Shown piece by piece: positions 17,875-26,078 of a stretch of 57,673 nt of DNA. This stretch comes from Bacteroidia bacterium (GTDB lineage Bacteria; Bacteroidota; Bacteroidia; UKL13-3). Numbering within the stretch: the first letter of the stretch is position 1; each line of letters opens with the position of its first letter. Location of the stretch: NCBI GenBank assembly GCA_044360615.1, contig JBIKKC010000001.1, positions 1 through 57,673 on the forward strand, written 5' to 3'. Both the position numbers and the translations under genes were made by a program. Below the pieces are notes generated by a model. The model saw nothing but the letters and a program-made list of their open reading frames with translations. It did not search any database and was not told the origin of the DNA.

Positions 17875-19044
17875 ATGAAAAACGATTCAAATATATTACT
17901 AGAAATAAGCATAGTTATGCCCTGCCTCAACGAGGCTGAAACTATTGAAGTATGCATTAAAAAAGCAAAAAAATGGCTTCAAGAAAATGGCGTTGCAGGT
18001 GAAGTTGTAATTGGCGACAATGGCAGCACAGATGGCTCGCAACAAATGGCTATCAACCTTGGAGCACGTGTAATTGATGTGCCTCAAAAAGGATATGGAG
18101 CTGCATTAATGGGTGCTATTGAAGCCTCTAATAGCAAATTTGTGGTAATGGCAGACAGCGATGATTCTTACGACTTTTCAAATTTGAGCCCATTTATTGA
18201 GTCTTTACGAAAAGGTAATGATTTGGTAATGGGAAACCGATTTAAAGGGGGAATAATGCCCGGTGCAATGCCATTTTTACATCGTTATTTGGGTAATCCG
18301 GTGCTCTCTTTTATAGGCAGACTCTTCTTTAATTGCCCAGTAGGAGATTTCCATTGCGGACTTAGGGGCTTTAGACAAGACATTGTAAGTTTGTTAGATC
18401 TTAAAACTACGGGAATGGAGTTTGCTTCAGAAATGGTTGTTAAGGCTACCATCAATAATTTAAAAATAGATGAAGTACCAACAACCCTAAGTAAAGATGG
18501 CAGAAGCAGACCTCCCCATTTGCGCACTTGGAGAGATGGTTGGCGTCACCTAAGATTTCTATTAATCTATAGTCCACGCTGGCTTTTTTTATACCCTGGA
18601 TTGTTCTTAATGTTAATTGGGTTAATACTAATGCTCTTAATAATCCCGGGCCCTATGGGTATATTCCAGCATGTATATTTTGATACCAATACCCTTTTGT
18701 ATGCTGGAGCATTCGTAATAGTTGGGTATCAAGCCATCAGTTTTGGTGTTTTTACAAGAACATACGCAGTTCAGGCAGGCTTCCTACCTCAGAAAGATTC
18801 CTTAACCCGAGCATTTGATGTAATTACTGTAGAATCTGGTTTAATTGTTGGTGTGCTCATTTTCTTAACAGGCATCGCTGGAACTTTTTACTCGCTCTCT
18901 ATTTGGGAAGAATCAAACTTTGGCCAATTAGATTACCCCAAAATTTTAAGAATTGTTATCCCAAGCGTAGTTGGAATTATCATTGGACTTCAAACCATAC
19001 TCTCAAGTTTTTTCCTGGGAGTGCTTCAAGTTAATAAAAAATAA
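17875..19044 (+). CDS. family 2 glycosyltransferase with four C-terminal TM helices (polyprenyl-phosphate sugar synthase type)
   Basis: GT-A motifs ISIVMPCLNE, VIGDNGSTDGS and VVMADSDDSYD. The C-terminal third is hydrophobic. Layout resembles ArnC/GtrB/Dpm1-class enzymes. Confidence 0.85.
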   Translation: MKNDSNILLEISIVMPCLNEAETIEVCIKKAKKWLQENGVAGEVVIGDNGSTDGSQQMAINLGARVIDVPQKGYGAALMGAIEASNSKFVVMADSDDSYDFSNLSPFIESLRKGNDLVMGNRFKGGIMPGAMPFLHRYLGNPVLSFIGRLFFNCPVGDFHCGLRGFRQDIVSLLDLKTTGMEFASEMVVKATINNLKIDEVPTTLSKDGRSRPPHLRTWRDGWRHLRFLLIYSPRWLFLYPGLFLMLIGLILMLLIIPGPMGIFQHVYFDTNTLLYAGAFVIVGYQAISFGVFTRTYAVQAGFLPQKDSLTRAFDVITVESGLIVGVLIFLTGIAGTFYSLSIWEESNFGQLDYPKILRIVIPSVVGIIIGLQTILSSFFLGVLQVNKK

Positions 19045-19045
19045 A

Positions 19046-19597
19046 ATGAAGGCTATAGATAAATATTTGCAAAAGGTTAGAATTAATAAAGCTAAAAAAT
19101 TTGTTAGAAAAGGTGATGCTGTGCTCGATATAGGTTCGGTAGATGGTGTGATGTTTGAATCCTGGAAAGGTTATATTAGCAGCGGAGTTGGGGTTGATCC
19201 AACGCTACTTGAAACTATTAAGAAAGATAATTATGTTCTGTATCCTGGTTACTTTCCTGAAGCTTGCCCAAAAGGAGATACCTACGATATAATTACCCTT
19301 TTGGCCGTTTTGGAGCATATTCCCACACAACAACAAGAGCAATTGGCACTAAGTTGCTATAACTACTTAAAACCAAATGGAAGGGTAATTATTACTGTTC
19401 CTTCGCCACAAGTTGATATCATCCTCGATATACTAACCAAATTAAGATTGATAGACGGTATGAGTTTAGAAGAACATTTTGGTTTTGAACCTAAGGATAC
19501 ACCTCGCATTTTTTCAAACCCTAGGTTTAAATTAATAACACATACCAGTTTCCAACTTGGGCTTAATAATTTATTTGTCTTTGAACGTATTGGATAA
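19046..19597 (+). CDS. class I SAM-dependent methyltransferase (183 aa)
   Basis: The ATG at 19046 is 1 nt after the GT2 stop. Motif I is VLDIGSVDG, followed by YDIITLLAVLEHIP and LKPNGRVIITVP. The track ORF start (18971) lies inside the GT2 gene. Confidence 0.8.
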   Translation: MKAIDKYLQKVRINKAKKFVRKGDAVLDIGSVDGVMFESWKGYISSGVGVDPTLLETIKKDNYVLYPGYFPEACPKGDTYDIITLLAVLEHIPTQQQEQLALSCYNYLKPNGRVIITVPSPQVDIILDILTKLRLIDGMSLEEHFGFEPKDTPRIFSNPRFKLITHTSFQLGLNNLFVFERIG

Positions 19598-19599
19598 TT

Positions 19600-22515
19600 A
19601 TGGAACAAAATATTTTATCAGATAACAAAACCACACTTTGCATAGATGCTAGAAAAGCAGATGTGGCCTTTGTTGAACAACTCAATCAATTTCTAAGTAA
19701 AACCAAACAAGAGGTAGAAATCTTTTGTGTAGGTTACAATGGTACCTCTCCGCATGCTAAATTAAAATATATACCATGGCAGGAGAATAAAACACTGGCA
19801 CAAAATTTTGATGAAGCTTTAGCTCAAGCCAGCGGCGGGCTTAGCCTTTTGGTTTTCCATACTAATTTTCAGGCAGGTACTTTGCTACAACATATTAGTA
19901 CCCATAAAAAAGCCCTTAACCAAGAAAAAATAAGTATTGGTTCGGCAAATTTGCAAGCCCAAAGTGGTAAAACAAAATTGCCTATCGCAACAAGATTATT
20001 TAATAGCATCACGCGTATTTTTACGCCTATCACTGGATCCGATTGCCTTAGCGGAGTGGTAGTAGCTAAAACAAAATGGTTAAGCGGTGTATTGCAAAAT
20101 CAATTAATAGCAGCCAACTCCTACGCGCAGTTCTTGAACCTATGCAATGCCTATAAAATAAGCAAACAAGAATTTGGTTTGAACCTAGGTGAAACTAAAA
20201 CTTCATTGCCATGGATGAACCTATTAACTCAAATTTTTTCATTAAGATGGAACTATTTTGTTAAAGATGCCACCTTGCAATTGAAAAGTGGAACCTATAA
20301 TTATGCAGATGGCAACCATCCTATATATCGCATGCTTTTCTTTGTTACTTTTCTCCTAATCAGTTTTGCCATGCCCTACTTATCGCAAGATTTTGGCAGC
20401 ACCTGGGATGAGAAAGCACATAACGATTATTCGCAATTGGCCTACCGCTATCTAACAACATTTGGCGAAGATACCGCTGCACTTGCAGAGCCAGCCAATG
20501 GAGGCGAGTATATAAGACAAGCCTATCGTTTCTATGGAGAACAATTAAATACTGTTGCTGCCTTTGCCTATAATACTTTTGGTACTGGCGTTTACGAAAC
20601 AAGGCACTTGATTAATAGTTTGTACGGACTACTCGGAATTATTTTTACTGCGCTTATTGCATTTGAATTAGCGGGTTGGAGAGCAGGTTTAATTGCCATG
20701 TTGTTTATGTTCTTTAATCCAGGTTGGATGGGACATAGTATGAATAACCCTACCGATATCCCCTTTGCAACAGGTTTTGCCTTTGCTGGATATTTTATGC
20801 TGAAAGTATTAAGAACACTACCTGCTCCTCTTTATAGAAATCTATTATGGCTTGCAGTTGGCATTGGTATTGGTCTTGCCTCAAGGGTTGGAGCGCTTTT
20901 ATTGTTAGCCTATTTTGGGCTCTTTTTAGGTATAAACTGGCTACATTGGTTCAGACAAAAAGATAGTAAAGCTGGTAAATTGATAATACCATACGCTAAG
21001 CTATTTTTGGTTGTTGGCGTTATTGGTTATGTAGTTGGAATTTTAATTTGGCCTTATGCCCTAGATAATCCGTTTTCGCACCCTATGGAAGCATTTAAAA
21101 AGGCCTCAGAAAATGCGTTCTATACCAACAACGTAGAATTATTTGAAGGCAAAAGAATGTACATGATTACAAGCGCCCCTTGGTATTATGTGTTTAAATT
21201 TTTAGGAATGGGAAATCCTTTATACCTAATTGTTGGTGTAATTTTAAGTATCGCTCTTTTTATACCGCTTAAAAAGAAGATTGGAATAGGAACTTATGCG
21301 ATGCTCATGTTTATGTTATTCTTCCCCATTTTATATGCTGAGTACAGTAATCTTAATTACTATAATGGTTGGAGACATTACTTATTTATACTTCCATTTG
21401 CTATTGGTTTGGCAGCTAGTAGCTGGGATTATTTATTAGGACTAAAGAAGCCTATTGGCCTTAGCGTTGGTATTTTGTTAGCCATTCTTTTTGGTAAGCC
21501 AGCTCTATGGATTGTTCAAAATCATCCCAATCAGTATGTATATTTTAATGAGCTGGTTGGTGGGCTTAAAGGTGCTTTTGGAGAATATGAAACAGATTAC
21601 TATTCTAACTCATGTAGAGAGGCAGCAGAATGGATTGCCACACAACATCCAAAAGATACTTTAATGGTAGGAATAAATAATGAAACCACCACAGCTTCGT
21701 ATTGGGCACATCAAATTAATCCAAATTTAAATTTTGTTTGGACTAGAGAGATGGAAGAACAAAAACAACCTTGGGATTATCTTATTTTAACTACAAGAAC
21801 ATTTTCTAAAAACGAACTCCAAAACGGCTCTTTCCCACCTGCTGGAACAGTATATGTTGTTGAGGCAGAAGGTGTGCCTTTGGCAGCTGTTATAAAACGC
21901 GAAAATTGGAATATGCCTAGAGGGTATAATGCTTTAGACAAAATGAGTTTTGACTCTGCCATTTACTATTTTGAGGAAGCGGTTAGGTATTCTCCTAAAG
22001 ACGAAGAATCTTGGCGTATGCTAGGTTTTGCTTTGCTTAATAAACCCACAAGACTAGATAGTGCAGAAAAGATGTTATTGAAATCAATTGAGATTTACCC
22101 TGAAAACTTTACTGCTTACAGCAATTTAGGTTTGGTTTATTTCAATAAAAAAGAGTTTCAAAAAGCAGCAGAAACATTTAAAAAGAGTACAGATTTAAAA
22201 GAAAACGTGGTAGAGAGCTGGTACTATGCCGCTTTGGCCTATCTCAACATGAACGATTATACCAATGGTATTAATTGTTTAGAAATGGCAAAGAAACATA
22301 GCAGCACTATTCCAGAAGTGTATTACTATTTGGCTAAGGCTTATATGGCTACTAATAATCTAGATAAAGCCTCAGAGAATTACCAATATGCTTTAGGCAT
22401 CAATCAAAATTTTGTGCAAGCCTGGGGTGAGTTAGCACAGGTATTTCAAAAGCAAGGTAACAACGCTGCCGCTGAAGAATGCATGAAAAGATATAGGGCA
22501 TTGGGTGGCCAATAA
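19600..22515 (+). CDS. 971-aa fusion: degenerate GT2-like domain, GT-C (ArnT/PMT-like) membrane glycosyltransferase and C-terminal TPR repeats
   Basis: The ATG is 2 nt after the methyltransferase stop. Residues 1-225 are GT-A-like but lack the acidic motifs. About 11 TM helices follow, with WDEKAHNDY right after TM1 (the DE motif of ArnT/PMT-type GT-C enzymes). Residues ~770-971 are TPR repeats. Confidence 0.8.
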   Translation: MEQNILSDNKTTLCIDARKADVAFVEQLNQFLSKTKQEVEIFCVGYNGTSPHAKLKYIPWQENKTLAQNFDEALAQASGGLSLLVFHTNFQAGTLLQHISTHKKALNQEKISIGSANLQAQSGKTKLPIATRLFNSITRIFTPITGSDCLSGVVVAKTKWLSGVLQNQLIAANSYAQFLNLCNAYKISKQEFGLNLGETKTSLPWMNLLTQIFSLRWNYFVKDATLQLKSGTYNYADGNHPIYRMLFFVTFLLISFAMPYLSQDFGSTWDEKAHNDYSQLAYRYLTTFGEDTAALAEPANGGEYIRQAYRFYGEQLNTVAAFAYNTFGTGVYETRHLINSLYGLLGIIFTALIAFELAGWRAGLIAMLFMFFNPGWMGHSMNNPTDIPFATGFAFAGYFMLKVLRTLPAPLYRNLLWLAVGIGIGLASRVGALLLLAYFGLFLGINWLHWFRQKDSKAGKLIIPYAKLFLVVGVIGYVVGILIWPYALDNPFSHPMEAFKKASENAFYTNNVELFEGKRMYMITSAPWYYVFKFLGMGNPLYLIVGVILSIALFIPLKKKIGIGTYAMLMFMLFFPILYAEYSNLNYYNGWRHYLFILPFAIGLAASSWDYLLGLKKPIGLSVGILLAILFGKPALWIVQNHPNQYVYFNELVGGLKGAFGEYETDYYSNSCREAAEWIATQHPKDTLMVGINNETTTASYWAHQINPNLNFVWTREMEEQKQPWDYLILTTRTFSKNELQNGSFPPAGTVYVVEAEGVPLAAVIKRENWNMPRGYNALDKMSFDSAIYYFEEAVRYSPKDEESWRMLGFALLNKPTRLDSAEKMLLKSIEIYPENFTAYSNLGLVYFNKKEFQKAAETFKKSTDLKENVVESWYYAALAYLNMNDYTNGINCLEMAKKHSSTIPEVYYYLAKAYMATNNLDKASENYQYALGINQNFVQAWGELAQVFQKQGNNAAAEECMKRYRALGGQ

Positions 22516-22681
22516 TGTGTTATTCACAGTGATTTTTTAACTTGTCTATTTTTTACGTATAAGCCGTAAACCTTAATTTTATTGATGTTTACAGTAATTT
22601 AACATTCAATTTTACAATCAGAATAGCGTAATCCACCAATGCGCATTATAAGACCGCAGTAAAGTCATTACAAAAAGCGTT

Positions 22682-22689
22682 TAGTTTCG
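22682..22689 (+). promoter_or_regulatory. -7-type promoter box TAGTTTCG (Fic-like gene)
   Basis: TAGTTTCG lies 5 nt upstream of the ATG at 22695. Confidence 0.35.
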
Positions 22690-22694
22690 TTGTA

Positions 22695-23867
22695 ATGATT
22701 CTGATTAATAAATACGAACCTAGCATATCTATTGATGATGTTTTGCTTAATTGCGCAGAGAAATACAATGAGCTGAGCAAAATATTTGATTTCATAGATC
22801 TACCAACTTCAATTAGAAATATTGAACAAGTAAATAGTAGCATCCTACGATGCTACTATGCCAATGCGTTAGACAATAACCTGCTTGAAATAAAGACAGT
22901 AAAATACATAATCAATAAAAATCTTAGGTCTTCAAATATTGCAGAACGCGCCATAGAACAATTTAGCAAAGCAGAAACTTTCTTAAATCAACAATTACAC
23001 GAACCCATAAGTCTAGCTCTTTTATATGAACTTAAAAATATACTCATTGAAGAACTGCATAAAAACAATTCAGAGGTTAATTTATTTTCTAAAGAGCAAG
23101 CAAGAATACCAGAAAAGCTAAATCTTGAAACCGAACTAGAACTTGAAGGCCTATTCGAGTTTTTAAATACTGATCTAGAGTTTCATCCTATTGTTCAATC
23201 TTGGATGTTACATTTTAAACTTGCTACACTCCCTTTATTTAGCGAAGCCTCTAGTAAGTTTGCGTGTTTGTTACAACGCTTTTGGTTGGGTAAAAAAAAT
23301 ATGGATATGGATGGTCTCCTAAGCCTGGAGCACGAACTTTACATCAATAAACTAGAATATCAAGAAATCATAAACAGCGCCATTATAGGTGAAGAGAATA
23401 TCTTAGACCACCAAATTCGATTTGGAATAAACCTACACCTAACACAGCTTAACCGTTTAAAAGACTTATTCCAATCTTACTTTAGAAAACAAGTAGATTT
23501 TGAAAAGTTAAATCCACGCCAGAAAAACATTATGAATTATGTTTTTGAACGTGGCTATAAATTAAAAGAAATTGATGAGACGATTCTTAACAAGAGACAA
23601 AAACTAATTATGTACATAATACAGCACCGTGGTTTTATTTCTACTAAAGAACTTGTTAATGAATTTGATTGCAACAGAAAAACAATACAACGCGATTTTC
23701 AACTCCTAATGGACCTCGGATTTGTAAAATCTATTGGCGCAGGGGCTGGTCTAAAGTATTGCGTGAACCTTCATGAAAAAGGAAATCCGCAATTGGAAAG
23801 ATACCAAGCGGATTTCGTAAATTCATTAAACCACCAAAGCGAAGAAGCTAGTTTGACAGACTTATAA
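22695..23867 (+). CDS. Fic-fold protein with degenerate active site and C-terminal DeoR-like HTH
   Basis: 390 aa. The layout FHPIVQSWMLHFKLATLPLFSEASSKFACLLQRFWL follows the Fic core template, but HPFxDGNGRxxR is replaced by LPLFSEASSKFA. The C-terminal HTH is RQKLIMYIIQHRGFISTKELVNEFDCNRKTIQRDFQLLMDLGFV. Confidence 0.7.
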   Translation: MILINKYEPSISIDDVLLNCAEKYNELSKIFDFIDLPTSIRNIEQVNSSILRCYYANALDNNLLEIKTVKYIINKNLRSSNIAERAIEQFSKAETFLNQQLHEPISLALLYELKNILIEELHKNNSEVNLFSKEQARIPEKLNLETELELEGLFEFLNTDLEFHPIVQSWMLHFKLATLPLFSEASSKFACLLQRFWLGKKNMDMDGLLSLEHELYINKLEYQEIINSAIIGEENILDHQIRFGINLHLTQLNRLKDLFQSYFRKQVDFEKLNPRQKNIMNYVFERGYKLKEIDETILNKRQKLIMYIIQHRGFISTKELVNEFDCNRKTIQRDFQLLMDLGFVKSIGAGAGLKYCVNLHEKGNPQLERYQADFVNSLNHQSEEASLTDL

Positions 23868-24083
23868 CTCGTCTTCGTTATAGAAGTAATCTTCGTTAGT
23901 TGGATAATCTGGCCAGATTTCGTCAATAGTTTCAAAAGGCTCACCATCATCTTCTAACTCCTGTAAATTTTCTATAACCTCTAAAGGTGCTCCAGAGCGA
24001 ATGGCGTAATCAATTAATTCGTCCTTAGTTGCAGGCCATGGTGCGTCATCTAAATAAGATGCTAATTCGAGGGTCCAATACAT
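23862..24083 (-). CDS. DUF2795-like small acidic protein
   Basis: 73 aa. YLDDAPWPATKDELIDYAIRSGAPLEVIENLQELED matches my recollection of DUF2795. Its stop overlaps the Fic-like stop within TTATAA. Confidence 0.7.
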   Translation of the reverse strand: MYWTLELASYLDDAPWPATKDELIDYAIRSGAPLEVIENLQELEDDGEPFETIDEIWPDYPTNEDYFYNEDEL

Positions 24084-24104
24084 AAATAATTTTTTTAATT
24101 ACCG

Positions 24105-24112
24105 CGAATTTA
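24105..24112 (-). promoter_or_regulatory. -7-type promoter box TAAATTCG (DUF2795 gene)
   Basis: The reverse complement of cgaattta is TAAATTCG. It lies 21 nt upstream of the ATG at 24083. Confidence 0.4.
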
Positions 24113-24168
24113 TAAAAAGCCTTCACTTGTACATAAAGTTTTTATTAAACTTTATTAATTAGTTAAAA

Positions 24169-25194
24169 CTAATTGATTTTGAGCGAGTTCTTAATAGCTT
24201 CCCGTGCAGGTTTACCTGTAGTTGTCTGCAAAAATGGAAAAATTTGAAGGCATTCCTTTGGAACTTGATATTTATGCAATTTATTTTTTAAGTAGGTTTG
24301 AAGCTCCCCAAACAGCTTAGGACCCCATAATTTCTCCGTAATTAGAACTACTTCCTCCCCCAATTTAGCATCTTGTTTTCCTCCCACAATATACAAGCCT
24401 AAAGCTAAATTGTTAGATTCAATTTGCCAATTCTCAATACACTTTTCAATCACCTCTGGCGCTATTTTTACACCCCCCGAATTAATTATAAAATCACTAC
24501 GTCCCAATATCTGAAAACATCCATCTGCCCCGATTTCTGCCACATCGTGGGTTATAATTTCGTAATCTAAGAAGGGCACCTTAACACAAATACACTGCGC
24601 CTCATTTAGTCGTATATGGTAATTTTTTAATGGGGTATAACCCCGCTTATCTGTTACTTTTTTAAGGGCTACATGACTTAACGTTTCCGTCATACCATAG
24701 GTGTGATAAACCTCATTGGAACATTCTTCCAATCTTTGCATAGCAAGCACTGGTATTGCTGCACCGCCTATTAAAACCTTGCTTATGTTGTTAAATTTAG
24801 TGGTATCAAAACTAGGATGTAACAATTGAAGTGGCACAAAAGAAGCAAAGGTAAAAGGGTGTTCTTTAGGAATGCTTTCCCACAAATTTGAAGAGGGCTC
24901 AATCACAGTTATTTCGCATCCAAGTACCAATGCTCTTATTAGCATCATTGCACCGCCAACAAAGCTAGGATCAATACATAGCAAGATATGCTCATTAGGG
25001 CTCAAATTTAAGGCTGCTATGGTGCCATTTGCACTCGAAACAAGTTGCGCTTTAGTAAACCAAATTGGCTTAGGTTGGCCTGTGGTACCAGAACTATGAA
25101 ACAAAAATTTTTCGTTACTATCCCAATTCTTTAGTAACGACAATACTTTTGGTAAAATTTGAGGTTGGCCAATAGTATGCAGTTGAAAGGCCAT
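24169..25194 (-). CDS. short-form AMP-binding (adenylate-forming) enzyme, O-succinylbenzoate-CoA ligase-like
   Basis: 341 aa. SSGTTGQPKPI lies only ~35 residues from the N-terminus. Further motifs are YGMTE and SGGVKIAPEVIE. Confidence 0.75.
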   Translation of the reverse strand: MAFQLHTIGQPQILPKVLSLLKNWDSNEKFLFHSSGTTGQPKPIWFTKAQLVSSANGTIAALNLSPNEHILLCIDPSFVGGAMMLIRALVLGCEITVIEPSSNLWESIPKEHPFTFASFVPLQLLHPSFDTTKFNNISKVLIGGAAIPVLAMQRLEECSNEVYHTYGMTETLSHVALKKVTDKRGYTPLKNYHIRLNEAQCICVKVPFLDYEIITHDVAEIGADGCFQILGRSDFIINSGGVKIAPEVIEKCIENWQIESNNLALGLYIVGGKQDAKLGEEVVLITEKLWGPKLFGELQTYLKNKLHKYQVPKECLQIFPFLQTTTGKPAREAIKNSLKIN

Positions 25195-25212
25195 CTTATC
25201 AAAAACTTGGTT

Positions 25213-26013
25213 TTATTGCTGAATTAATAGCTTTCTGGTTAAGGATTCTTCACCTAACTCAATTTGCATAAAATAAACACCATCCTTTAATTCGGGTAAA
25301 CTTAAGTCCTCTTCAAAACTATTTGAAGTATAGTTTTTATGGTATAATTCTGCTACTCTTTTTCCAGTAATATCAATTAAACTAATTTGTATGTTTCCAA
25401 CTTTCTTAGGTTCAAACGAAACATGCAAGGTTTTAGAAACTGCAGGGTTTGGATAGAAACTCAATTTAGTAATTTGCGAATTTTCATTAATGCCATTAGC
25501 CAACTTCTCACTAACAGAGTACTTAGTTTTGCGCACCAAACTTCTATTGTTGGCAAAGGCACCATAAAAATCTACGATTCCTGTTCCGGCAGCAGGTGCC
25601 ACCCAAGTAAATGTCCAAACTGCAGAAGCCCCACTTTTTGGTGTTTCGTGTGTGATATATTTGTTGCCAACCTTTTGGTTACCGGTTCCAGCTGTAATGT
25701 TTCCTAACAAGGTGCCATCTGTTTTCTGTGGACTCACAATAAAACCTTTACTACCACTTTGGTCTACAGTTACGGTAATGGTGTAAGAAGCTCCTGGTGT
25801 ATATCCTTCTGAAGGTATATCACTTGAAAGTATTCCTGTGGCGTCTGTAGGACCACCAGAATGGCAACCTCCTTGGGCACAAGTCTTACCTCCATCGCCC
25901 GGTGAGCCAGTTCTGCCATCTGAAGGGGCACCATCTGGATAAGATTGTAAGGAATTAATGGATACCCCAAATAAGATAACTAGTGTGAATGCGAGTAAAT
26001 ATTTTCTTTTCAT
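25213..26013 (-). CDS. secreted protein with T9SS C-terminal sorting domain and Cys/His-containing N-terminal domain
   Basis: Signal peptide MKRKYLLAFTLVILFGVSINS. The N-domain starts YPDGAPSDGRTGSPGDGGKTCAQGGCHSG (possibly Reeler-like, low confidence). The C-terminus LSFYPNPAVSKTLHVSF...DGVYFMQIELGEESLTRKLLIQQ is T9SS type-A-like. Confidence 0.75.
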   Translation of the reverse strand: MKRKYLLAFTLVILFGVSINSLQSYPDGAPSDGRTGSPGDGGKTCAQGGCHSGGPTDATGILSSDIPSEGYTPGASYTITVTVDQSGSKGFIVSPQKTDGTLLGNITAGTGNQKVGNKYITHETPKSGASAVWTFTWVAPAAGTGIVDFYGAFANNRSLVRKTKYSVSEKLANGINENSQITKLSFYPNPAVSKTLHVSFEPKKVGNIQISLIDITGKRVAELYHKNYTSNSFEEDLSLPELKDGVYFMQIELGEESLTRKLLIQQ

Positions 26014-26078
26014 GATGCTATTTTATAGTATAGACAATATTCAAGGTAATTGGTTGCAATATATCATTTTATAATTTA

